Source: a virus (lineage: Duplodnaviria > Caudoviricetes). From it: a stretch of DNA of 64,000 nucleotides. The DNA is taken from positions 32,001-96,000 of IMG/VR virus record IMGVR_UViG_3300013426_000019, one strand, 5' to 3'. The position numbers and the translations under genes are program-made. Below are positions 51,835 through 60,038 of this stretch, one piece after another (within the stretch, counting starts at the first letter, position 1; every line of letters starts with the position of its first letter). A model generated the notes under the pieces. That model did no database searches, was not told the DNA's origin, and was given only the letters and a program-made list of their open reading frames with translations.

Positions 51835-52107
51835 ATGGATGAAATTTGTACACGATGCGGAAAAAAGATAGAAAATACAAAAATAGAAATTAATTTAGGC
51901 TTTTCTGTTTTTAAAAGAGAAAATAATGTTTGGGGATTGTCTTTGGATCTTAATCAAAAATCTGTTGAAATTTTATGTGCAAATTGTTTTGATAATTTTT
52001 GCAATACTTTATTTATTAAAAATAATAATGAATTTTTAAAGAATTTTAATACATCTAAAAAAAATAAAGATCCTGTTGAAATTGACGGAAATGTGGACTA
52101 TAACTAG
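51835..52107 (+). CDS. small zinc-finger protein
   Basis: CTRCGKK...LCANCFD. Confidence 0.7.
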   Translation: MDEICTRCGKKIENTKIEINLGFSVFKRENNVWGLSLDLNQKSVEILCANCFDNFCNTLFIKNNNEFLKNFNTSKKNKDPVEIDGNVDYN

Positions 52108-52130
52108 TTAATTTTTTTAACAGACTTAAG

Positions 52131-52166
52131 CAAGAAATCCCTTTGCTTTAGTCAAAGGTTATTCAC
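52131..52166 (+). mobile_element. collapsed IS200/IS605 end remnant (36 bp)
   Basis: TTAAG|CAAGAAATCCCTTTGCTTTAGTCAAAGGTTATTCAC. Confidence 0.7.
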
Positions 52167-52210
52167 ACTAAAGATTAAGTCTTAAAAATTTTGAAGGAGG
52201 GTTTTAAGTA

Positions 52211-53077
52211 ATGTTTGAATTTTTAACAGACACAGGATCTGAAATAGATAATTACCTTAGAGAATCCTTAAATATAGGCCTTCTCAGGACGGGTGTTACT
52301 TTAAAAACAAGAGAGATCTTTTCAGATGCGAATTGGGATAATGTAAATGCTTTTGAATTTTTCAAAGATTTAGAAGAGGGCGTAGTAAGCATATATCAGC
52401 CCGCAATGAATTACTGGAAAGATATTGTAGAAGAGATATTTAAGAAGGGTAAAGACGTATTATTTTTAGGTATGTCCTCCAGATTTACAGGGGGAATCAA
52501 AAATCTTAACATTATTAAAATGCTTCTGAGTCCTATTTATCCTGACAGAAAATTAGTAATTTTGGACTCAGGGCTTGTTGCAGGAGGCGAGAAATGTCTA
52601 GTATTAGCTGTAGCAGAGTATTTAAAGGATAAAAGAGAAGAAGATGTAGAAAAAATAGCCTCTGAAATAAAAATCAAGTTTTTAGGCAGAGGAATAACTT
52701 ATTGGATTTTAGATTCTTTAAAATTCTATATGAAGGCTAATAGAGGTTTAGATTCTTTTAAAGATTTGAATATTCCTAAAGGTTATCCTATAATAAAATC
52801 TGAGAATGGCAGCTTTTTTTTAAAAGGATTATTTAATTCAAAAGAAGATGCTTTGGAAGCACTAATAGGGGATATAAAACTCTCATCTATAGAGACTTTG
52901 GAGTTTACTTACTCTCCGGACTGGGATTTAAAAAAGATAAGAGAAGTAGTAAATCAGCTGGAATCTAATTTAAATATTATTATTAATCATAATATTACTT
53001 ATCAGAGCCCGTCAGTTACTGCTGTAACAGGGCCTTATTCTTATAGTATAGGAGTTTTAAAAAATGTTACTTTTTAA
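52211..53077 (+). CDS. DegV family fatty-acid-binding protein (FakB-like)
   Basis: LTDTGS, QP, MSSRFTG, VILDS, SPSVTAVTGP; 288 aa. Confidence 0.8.
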   Translation: MFEFLTDTGSEIDNYLRESLNIGLLRTGVTLKTREIFSDANWDNVNAFEFFKDLEEGVVSIYQPAMNYWKDIVEEIFKKGKDVLFLGMSSRFTGGIKNLNIIKMLLSPIYPDRKLVILDSGLVAGGEKCLVLAVAEYLKDKREEDVEKIASEIKIKFLGRGITYWILDSLKFYMKANRGLDSFKDLNIPKGYPIIKSENGSFFLKGLFNSKEDALEALIGDIKLSSIETLEFTYSPDWDLKKIREVVNQLESNLNIIINHNITYQSPSVTAVTGPYSYSIGVLKNVTF

Positions 53078-53154
53078 TGAAGCTTTTAAATCTTGTTAAA
53101 AAACCTCTAATCCTTAGAAGATCAAAGGGTATTCTTTTTTTAATACTTCCTTAT

Positions 53155-53161
53155 ACTAATT
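53155..53161 (+). promoter_or_regulatory. ACTAATT putative phage late-promoter motif upstream of the Cys-repeat operon
   Basis: Same heptamer precedes structural genes (16007, 21612, 30717, 32155, 41343; minus strand 15546, 20412, 23910). Confidence 0.55.
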
Positions 53162-53241
53162 ATATATAATAAGTCAACATAATATTTCTTATGTAAATAA
53201 TTAATTTTGGTAATTGACATCTAATTTAGGAAGGATATAAT

Positions 53242-53517
53242 ATGAAGGATACAAATATTGAATTGTCTGCAGAAGACAGACAAGATATAAATCTGTCTTT
53301 AGAGGTTATTAATACCGCAGAATTTGAATTGAGGAATATATCGGGATTTGAGAATCTCAAAGAAGAAGAAGTACGAAATATTTACCAAGGGGCTTGTGAT
53401 GCCCTGATAGAAGGGAGAGTAATGCTACATCTTCTTCGCCAAGAATTTGTAAAAAAATATAATATTCCATATGATTTTATTTCCATCGATGGTCATATTT
53501 ATTTACAAGAGGATTAA
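53242..53517 (+). CDS. CXXX-repeat modification system accessory protein-like
   Basis: ~90 aa, LSAEDRQDI...IYQ...KKYN...IYL pattern and position recall the small TIGR04116-type partner. Confidence 0.45.
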   Translation: MKDTNIELSAEDRQDINLSLEVINTAEFELRNISGFENLKEEEVRNIYQGACDALIEGRVMLHLLRQEFVKKYNIPYDFISIDGHIYLQED

Positions 53518-53520
53518 ATA

Positions 53521-54537
53521 ATGGCGGTTATCCCTGACAATCAAAATTTTTTATCTACAGACAAGAATACCCCCCTAAAGGAAGCACAATTAAAATCTTT
53601 ACTAGCACAAGCTATTACAGCGAGAGCTAAAAGAGGTTGGACTACTTCTGAAGACAGTATCAGTCTCTATACTCATAGGGTGTCCCTTTCTCAGATGAAT
53701 GATATGTCAAACGTTATTATTGACAAGTCATCCGATCAGCATATTCCTTATAGTAGTTCACCTTATCCTAAAGCAATTTCCTCAGGGTCGAAAGTTTTTG
53801 CTAAAGCTACAGATTATAATGAATTGCAACAAGCAGTAAATGATATATCTAATAATATTATGTGCGAAGGTTGTAGTAATACTTGTTATGCAAGCTGTGC
53901 AAATTCTTGTGCTTCAAGTTGCACTAGTACTTGTGTTAATTTATGTACAGATAATTGTGGCTCTTCCTGCACAGACACTTGTAACAGCATAAGTTGTAAT
54001 AATGCAAATTGTTCTGCGGCTAATTGTTCTTCGGTAGCTTGTACAAAAACCAACTGCTCCTCAGGAAGTTGTTCTTTCGGTGCTTGTAATGCCTCGGGAT
54101 GTGATAAAGGCTCTTGCGAGAATGGTTCATGTCATCAAAGTTCTTGTGAGAGATCAGGATGCAACTATGATAGTTGTGATTCTACTTCCTGTGATTCTGG
54201 TTCTTGTGATACAGGCTCTTGTAGTCAGAAGACATGCAGCGATTCCGGGTGTAGTAAAGATACATGTGGCAAGGCCACCTGTTCTAGTGGGGCCTGCAAC
54301 GGTGGTGAATGCAATTCAGGAGCTTGCGCGAGAAGTGGCTGCGACGCTTCTAATTGTTCCACGGATAGTTGTGATGACGCAGACTGCAATGCGGACCCTT
54401 GCAGCAATAATACATGCAATAGCACGGGCTGCAGCCACGATAGCTGCTCTAATAACACTTGTGACTCTGATGATTGTAGCACTGCCACTTGTTACAGCGG
54501 GGATTGCAATGGTGGATCTATGAATAAATCACATTAA
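53521..54537 (+). CDS. Cys-repeat protein (CXXX then CXXXX), putative radical SAM substrate
   Basis: ~114-aa non-repeat N-terminus, then 46 Cys with strict periodicity. Confidence 0.85.
   Translation: MAVIPDNQNFLSTDKNTPLKEAQLKSLLAQAITARAKRGWTTSEDSISLYTHRVSLSQMNDMSNVIIDKSSDQHIPYSSSPYPKAISSGSKVFAKATDYNELQQAVNDISNNIMCEGCSNTCYASCANSCASSCTSTCVNLCTDNCGSSCTDTCNSISCNNANCSAANCSSVACTKTNCSSGSCSFGACNASGCDKGSCENGSCHQSSCERSGCNYDSCDSTSCDSGSCDTGSCSQKTCSDSGCSKDTCGKATCSSGACNGGECNSGACARSGCDASNCSTDSCDDADCNADPCSNNTCNSTGCSHDSCSNNTCDSDDCSTATCYSGDCNGGSMNKSH
53863..54509 (+). repeat. Cys-periodic coding repeat (12-nt then 15-nt period)
   Basis: 9 CXXX intervals followed by 35 CXXXX intervals. Confidence 0.9.
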
Positions 54538-54551
54538 AGGAGATTTTTAAA

Positions 54552-54746
54552 ATGGGTATATGCTCAGGATGCTGGGGAAATTGCAATAAGGGCTGTTCTG
54601 GTGATTGTAATAATAAATGTATTTCCACTTGCACCGGATCTTGTGTAGGATCATGTTCAGGATTATGTGAAAATACATGTACAGATACCTGTATTAATAC
54701 TTCTAAAAATGATACTCGTATTACTTCTTTTGTCGTAAAATTTTAA
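54552..54746 (+). CDS. CXXX-repeat peptide (12 Cys), putative RiPP precursor
   Basis: MGICSGCWGNCNKGCSGDC...; AAGGAG RBS; directly upstream of radical SAM gene. Confidence 0.85.
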   Translation: MGICSGCWGNCNKGCSGDCNNKCISTCTGSCVGSCSGLCENTCTDTCINTSKNDTRITSFVVKF

Positions 54747-54755
54747 GGGGTTTAA

Positions 54756-55940
54756 ATGATTAAAAAATGGAATGCCTTTAGTGGTTATAATATAACAATC
54801 AATACTACTGAAGATTGTAATTTAAGATGCAAATATTGTTACGAGATATATAAAAAACCTGGAAATATAGATCTTAATACAGCTAAGAAATTTATAGATT
54901 TTATTTTCGATGATCCCGACCCTACCAATATAAAAGATGAAAGGCCAGATGCTTATGATGGATTGATTTTAGACTTAATTGGGGGTGACGCCCTAATGAA
55001 TGCTGATATTTTAGATGATATTTTTAAATATGTAAATACTCGTTGGGCTTTAAGTGATAAATTCAAAAAACATGGTTGGAGATCCTCAATATCTTCAAAT
55101 GGTACGCTATTCTACAAAAAGGAAGTTCGAGATTTTTGTGAAAAATGGCAAGACCACTTAAGTTTAGGGGTGTCAATTGATGGTTGTCCCACTATTCATA
55201 ATAAGAATAGAATATTTTGTGATGGTAGGGGGAGTATGTCTACTATTCTAGAGTGGTGGCCCTGGTATAGAAAAATATTCCCCGTAAATTCTTTAGAGAC
55301 AAAGGCAACTTGCAATAAAGACTCTATTCCTTATTTATATGAATCTTTGAAATGGATGCATGAGGAATTAGGGTTAAGATGGATTAATCAGAATTTTATT
55401 GGGGAAAACATGGATCTCATCGAAAAGGATCTTCAAGAATTAGACAAACAACTTGAAAAGTGCTGTGATTATTGTTTAAAACATAAAGAAGATCTTTATT
55501 GGTCAATTCTAGGAGAGAGATTCCAATTTCCACGCAATGAAAAATATGATTCTACCTTTGCTACTGCAAGTTGTGGAGCAGGACAGATGCCCGCTTGTTC
55601 TATTAAAGGTGATTTATATCCTTGTTTTAGATGGCTGCCTCAATCTCAGGGGGATAAATTTGCAAAATATAAAATTGGAAATATCCATGGTAAATTAAAT
55701 AAAAACCTCTTTAAGGAGGTCAGAACTTTAGCAAGGGCTTCTAATTGCACAAAGGAAAATAAATGCTTAGAATGTGAGTATTCTTCAGCTTGTGTTTGGT
55801 GTGTAGCTGGCTCTTTCGCAGAGTATGATGATTTTATTAGACAAACTCATATATGTGAGGTAACAAAACTCCAATGTAAATGGGCAAAAATTTATGTAGA
55901 GAAATTAAAGGAGAGTTTAAATGAAAATACAAAAGTTTGA
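54756..55940 (+). CDS. radical SAM/SPASM peptide maturase (CXXX-repeat target type)
   Basis: TEDCNLRCKYCY, IGGD, SSNGT, SIDG..HNKNR, CGAG, YPCFR, CLEC...CVWC. Confidence 0.88.
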   Translation: MIKKWNAFSGYNITINTTEDCNLRCKYCYEIYKKPGNIDLNTAKKFIDFIFDDPDPTNIKDERPDAYDGLILDLIGGDALMNADILDDIFKYVNTRWALSDKFKKHGWRSSISSNGTLFYKKEVRDFCEKWQDHLSLGVSIDGCPTIHNKNRIFCDGRGSMSTILEWWPWYRKIFPVNSLETKATCNKDSIPYLYESLKWMHEELGLRWINQNFIGENMDLIEKDLQELDKQLEKCCDYCLKHKEDLYWSILGERFQFPRNEKYDSTFATASCGAGQMPACSIKGDLYPCFRWLPQSQGDKFAKYKIGNIHGKLNKNLFKEVRTLARASNCTKENKCLECEYSSACVWCVAGSFAEYDDFIRQTHICEVTKLQCKWAKIYVEKLKESLNENTKV

Positions 55941-56325
55941 GGGAATGATAGGGCCTTGCGGAATATTTGATGATAGTCTAGGTATGACTAATGATGAAGT
56001 TCCTGTTTCCTTAGAAAATAATGTTTATAGTGACGCTATGAACTTAGATGGATGTAATTATACCGCCCTATTATTAGATTCTTTAGATTTAAATCTCCTT
56101 AGACCTAATTTAAGATCCTACATAAGGAATGCTATTTTAAATAAGGCGCAGACTTCTTTTGTATATGGTGAACTCTTACGCCCTTTCAATAAAGCCTGTA
56201 AAGAACTGGGGATTGAATGTAACCCTCACATTACCCCTGATGGAATATTTATTAATATGGAAGATTATTTTACTTGGCAGAAATTATATTTCCATCATCC
56301 AACAAAAAGTGAAAAGAGAGCTTAA
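55921..56325 (+). CDS. hypothetical protein in Cys-repeat operon
   Basis: Overlapping ORF, AGGAG RBS. Confidence 0.6.
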   Translation: MKIQKFEGMIGPCGIFDDSLGMTNDEVPVSLENNVYSDAMNLDGCNYTALLLDSLDLNLLRPNLRSYIRNAILNKAQTSFVYGELLRPFNKACKELGIECNPHITPDGIFINMEDYFTWQKLYFHHPTKSEKRA

Positions 56326-56333
56326 ATTAAAAT

Positions 56334-56621
56334 ATGGAAGAAATAAGTGAAAAAAAAGAAATTACTAAAGAGTATCTAATATTTTTGTATTCAAAATTAA
56401 AAAAAGAATTGAATGAAGCTTTTCAAAGTTTCCAGGAAAATTTAAAAGCTGAAGATATAAGAGAATTAAATACTAAAGTAGCAGACATACAATCCAGGGC
56501 TCGATTATTAATTATGTTTATAATTTCTAATTGTGAATTAGATAATTTATCTACCACTATAGCTAATGTTAAAAAATGGCAAGAGGAAATTACTTGTGAG
56601 CAGCTATTTTCTCAGAATTAA
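56334..56621 (+). CDS. hypothetical protein
   Basis: ORF closing the AT-rich operon. Confidence 0.55.
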   Translation: MEEISEKKEITKEYLIFLYSKLKKELNEAFQSFQENLKAEDIRELNTKVADIQSRARLLIMFIISNCELDNLSTTIANVKKWQEEITCEQLFSQN

Positions 56622-56667
56622 TTTTTAATGTTTTAGAGGAGCTTTGGAGCTCCTCTTTATATTATAT

Positions 56668-57489
56668 ATGGAGGCCGTTGGTATGCATTACTTAACATCC
56701 ATTCTCGACAAGCTCAAAGAGCATGAAGTACAACTCAATAACATAAACGTCTTTCCTATAGCAGACAAGGATACCGGAACCAACCTCTTCAAGACCTTAA
56801 ATGTAGAGGTAGATGCCACTAACTTCAGAGACTTCCTATTCAAGTTATCTGACAAGGTTCTTTACTCAGCCAGGGGCTCCAGTGGCAACATACTAGCACT
56901 ATACCTCCTTGGCCTCAAGGAGAACTACAATGATAACATAGTAGAGACCTGTAGGGGCGCAGCCCAGTTTACATGGAACACGATGTATGAGCCTCAAGAG
57001 GGTACGATACTCACAGCCATGAAGGCCTATCCAACAATCTTTGAAGGCCCTAAACAATACATAGGAGACTTCTACAACAACGTTTTAGATTGCCTTATGA
57101 GAGGACCAGACTTACTACCTATTTTAAAGCAGCACAACACAATAGACTCAGGAACCTTAGGGTTTACATACATCTTACAAGGACTATATGAGGCCATAGT
57201 AGGCGAATCCTTACCAACACCAGAACTCACTTTATCCCCTGTAGATACCTCAATCACACCGGAAGAGAAGACTTACTGTGTAGAGTTATTACTAGAGGGC
57301 AACCACAAGGAGGAGCTAGGATTCCTTAAAGATTATGGTGATGAGTTGATAATCCTCACCTTAAACAACGAAGCCACCAAGCTCCACATACACACAGACA
57401 ATTATCAAGAGGTTATACGTAGAGTAGAAGGGGTGGCACAAATTAAGGCCACAAAGGTAGACAACATGAAGGAACAAGGCAAGGCTTGA
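56668..57489 (+). CDS. DAK2-domain fatty acid kinase catalytic subunit (FakA-like, short)
   Basis: LNNINVFPIADKDTGTNL, ARGSSGNIL, EGTILT, DSG, YCVE, KLHIHT; start 56668 or 56683. Confidence 0.88.
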   Translation: MEAVGMHYLTSILDKLKEHEVQLNNINVFPIADKDTGTNLFKTLNVEVDATNFRDFLFKLSDKVLYSARGSSGNILALYLLGLKENYNDNIVETCRGAAQFTWNTMYEPQEGTILTAMKAYPTIFEGPKQYIGDFYNNVLDCLMRGPDLLPILKQHNTIDSGTLGFTYILQGLYEAIVGESLPTPELTLSPVDTSITPEEKTYCVELLLEGNHKEELGFLKDYGDELIILTLNNEATKLHIHTDNYQEVIRRVEGVAQIKATKVDNMKEQGKA

Positions 57490-57534
57490 CAATTTTAAGG
57501 TGTTGTAATATAATTATATTAGAGAGGTGATATA

Positions 57535-58294
57535 GTGAGCAAAGCAAAGACCCTAACTAACTTAGAGCCTCAGCACAATACATGGATGCGAGAGTATCAG
57601 CGACTCTTATATGAGGAGAGAAGATTCGATGAGGGCTCGCTCAACACTATTATGACTCAAAGCAAGAAGGGTATGATAATTATATCAACAGGGCGAAGTT
57701 CTGTCAATAGTAGTATCCCTGGGAACGACTTATCTGAAGAGTTTGAAGCATGGTGTTACAAGACAAAGAGAAGACCTAACAAAGCATCCGAAGATAAATA
57801 TTTAGAGGAGAGGAATGCTCAAGCCGATAGAGAACTTAAAGAGGAATTGAAGAGCGGTGATAACCCTTATGTATATATACCTGTATATGGTGCTTACAAA
57901 GGCAAGGATGAAGTAGTAGATGAGAGTGAGAAGTCTTACATAATCTTCAACTCCTACAATCGTTATAAGGGTAAACAAGGATCCTGGGAAGACTTATATG
58001 AGAGAGCATTAGAGTGGTGTATTAAGTATAAGCAGGACTCTGTCTTTGTGCAACCTCCCAACCAACCCCCCCTATTATGCAAACCAACAAGGCCAAAGGA
58101 TAAGCAAGAGTAGTTCAGGGAAGTTCAAGTTCAATGTTGAGAGTGAGACATACTTCACAACTATTAAGAGGAAGAAGTCTGCTCCTAACTTCACAGCAGA
58201 TATTATATTTGAGAACTATATAAGAAGGGATCTACCAGCATCTCTAATTGATAAGATGAGGAGAACACAATATGGGGAACTTTGGAAGTTATGA
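57535..58294 (+). pseudogene. hypothetical phage protein split by +1 frameshift in a C7 run
   Basis: ...QPPNQ CCC CCC C TAT TAT: removing one C joins 57535..58113 to 58046..58294. Confidence 0.65.
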
Positions 58295-58358
58295 CACTCA
58301 AAAACTTCTAAAAATGTTATGCTTTTTAAAAAATAGAGACGGGGAGTAGTATACAACA

Positions 58359-58646
58359 ATGGAACCATACAGCCTAACAATACACAACTTAACCTTCAAC
58401 ATAGAGCTAACCTCTGAAGAGAGTAGGTTTGACTTACAGACATTAACTATATACTTAAACAGGGATTTACCTATACAGAATAAGAGATATAATCTAACAC
58501 AAGGGATTACGCGTGCCTACTTACTAGCTACGGGACACGACTTCCAGGATACCTTCACATTAGATCAACTCTGCGCTATTGTAGCATCCTTAGGTGATGA
58601 GATCCTCAGTGAAGTAGACAATGCTATCATGTACTTCGAGCAATAG
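58359..58646 (+). CDS. small ImmA/IrrE-like fold protein lacking HExxH
   Basis: TIYLNRDLPIQNKRYNLTQGITRAYL (QG..R where HE..H is expected). Confidence 0.4.
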   Translation: MEPYSLTIHNLTFNIELTSEESRFDLQTLTIYLNRDLPIQNKRYNLTQGITRAYLLATGHDFQDTFTLDQLCAIVASLGDEILSEVDNAIMYFEQ

Positions 58647-58658
58647 AGGTTAATTGAG

Positions 58659-59549
58659 TTGCGTAAATTCAGACCTCCTAAACCTCCAAGAGTCAACCAT
58701 AAACCTGACACTTCCTTAATACAGCACGGCACAAGTAAGGAGGAGTTAGATCTCCACAAGACTATCAATCTCCTAATACCAGGGATTAGAACCATTAAGG
58801 GTGACAGGGCAGTATTAGAGGGTAGGGAGATAGACATATATATACCCAAATATAGATTAGGAGTAGAGTACGACGGCCTAGCATATCACTCAGAAGGCAA
58901 GACCCAAGACTATCATCTCTGGAAGACTATAACAGCAGCCAAGAAGAGGGTGAGGATTATACACATATGGTCAGACCTGTGGACCAATCGAAGAGCTCAA
59001 GTTGTAGACTTCTTAAGTAAGGTATTAGGCAGGACAACGATATTACCTTACAGCGAGTGTACTATTGGTGAAGTAAGTGCAGCTGAGGGTAGTAAGTTCC
59101 TCAATGCAACACACATCACGGGCTGTGATCCAAGAGCACGGGTATTTATAGGTATATATTACAAGAACTATCTAATAACAGTGGCATCATTTACAAGGGA
59201 TGAGACAAGCTGGACATATCTTCAGAAGGCGGATAGAGCCACATGTTGTATAGAGGACGACTTAGCACACATATTTGAGTATATAAGGGCTCACTACAAT
59301 GTTGTGACCTTTAGAGCTACTATAGATAGGTCCCTATTTGATGGCAGTGATTTAAGGCAACTTGGTTTTAGAGTAACAGAGTGTACCCCTCCCAATGCCC
59401 ATTGGACTCAGAATTACAAGTCTCGAGTACTACAGGAGGGATACACAGATGATCAGATGATAAGCAAGGGATATCATAGATTCTATGATTGTGGTGAACT
59501 TATATTAGAGTGGTGTCCTATTATTCAAAGAAGTAATCCCAAGTCTTAG
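58659..59549 (+). CDS. Vsr/PD-(D/E)XK-like homing endonuclease homolog
   Basis: EIDIYIPKYRLGVEYDGLAYHS, IIHIWSDLW, YDCG; homologous to C-terminal half of 18340..20406. Confidence 0.7.
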   Translation: MRKFRPPKPPRVNHKPDTSLIQHGTSKEELDLHKTINLLIPGIRTIKGDRAVLEGREIDIYIPKYRLGVEYDGLAYHSEGKTQDYHLWKTITAAKKRVRIIHIWSDLWTNRRAQVVDFLSKVLGRTTILPYSECTIGEVSAAEGSKFLNATHITGCDPRARVFIGIYYKNYLITVASFTRDETSWTYLQKADRATCCIEDDLAHIFEYIRAHYNVVTFRATIDRSLFDGSDLRQLGFRVTECTPPNAHWTQNYKSRVLQEGYTDDQMISKGYHRFYDCGELILEWCPIIQRSNPKS

Positions 59550-60015
59550 TAACACTAGCATCAGGATCAGACATCCACTCATAAGCTATCATATCAACGC
59601 TATCGGAGTTCATCATACAACTGCACCAATAATCAGCCAAGCACATAGCTAGTACTACATAGTAGTCATAATCAGTGAAGGTGCTATTAAGTTCAGGTGC
59701 TGAGAACCCTTGCTGCATTGCATGGTCTCTTGCTGTACTATAAGCTCTTTGGACCCTAGATCTAGCTTCACTAGGTGTTATACCTTCGAGTAGTTCATGC
59801 ATAGATTTAGTAGCAGGTACCATATGATCTATTACATACTTAGAGGTAGTCTCATCGAAGTGTTTATCATTGAATATGCCACACTGTCTTATGATTTCCT
59901 TTTCGACAACTTCAGGCATATCTTTATGTAGTCTATCTAGTAAGCGCGACATAGATTCTACAGAGCATTTCATTTTAGGACTATTTAGATCTACAATTTC
60001 TATATATTTTGTCAT
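59521..60015 (-). CDS. hypothetical protein
   Basis: HFDE...YD.YV.L.M..AD...W..DPD...K.W.YF pattern; last gene of minus-strand cassette. Confidence 0.65.
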   Translation of the reverse strand: MTKYIEIVDLNSPKMKCSVESMSRLLDRLHKDMPEVVEKEIIRQCGIFNDKHFDETTSKYVIDHMVPATKSMHELLEGITPSEARSRVQRAYSTARDHAMQQGFSAPELNSTFTDYDYYVVLAMCLADYWCSCMMNSDSVDMIAYEWMSDPDASVTKTWDYFFE

Positions 60016-60038
60016 TTTTAGGATTTTCCTTTTACATT

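Noticed and set aside
54080-54523. ORFs 54080..54523(+) and 54225..54488(-)
   Set aside because: Shadows of the Cys repeat; no RBS or independent signal
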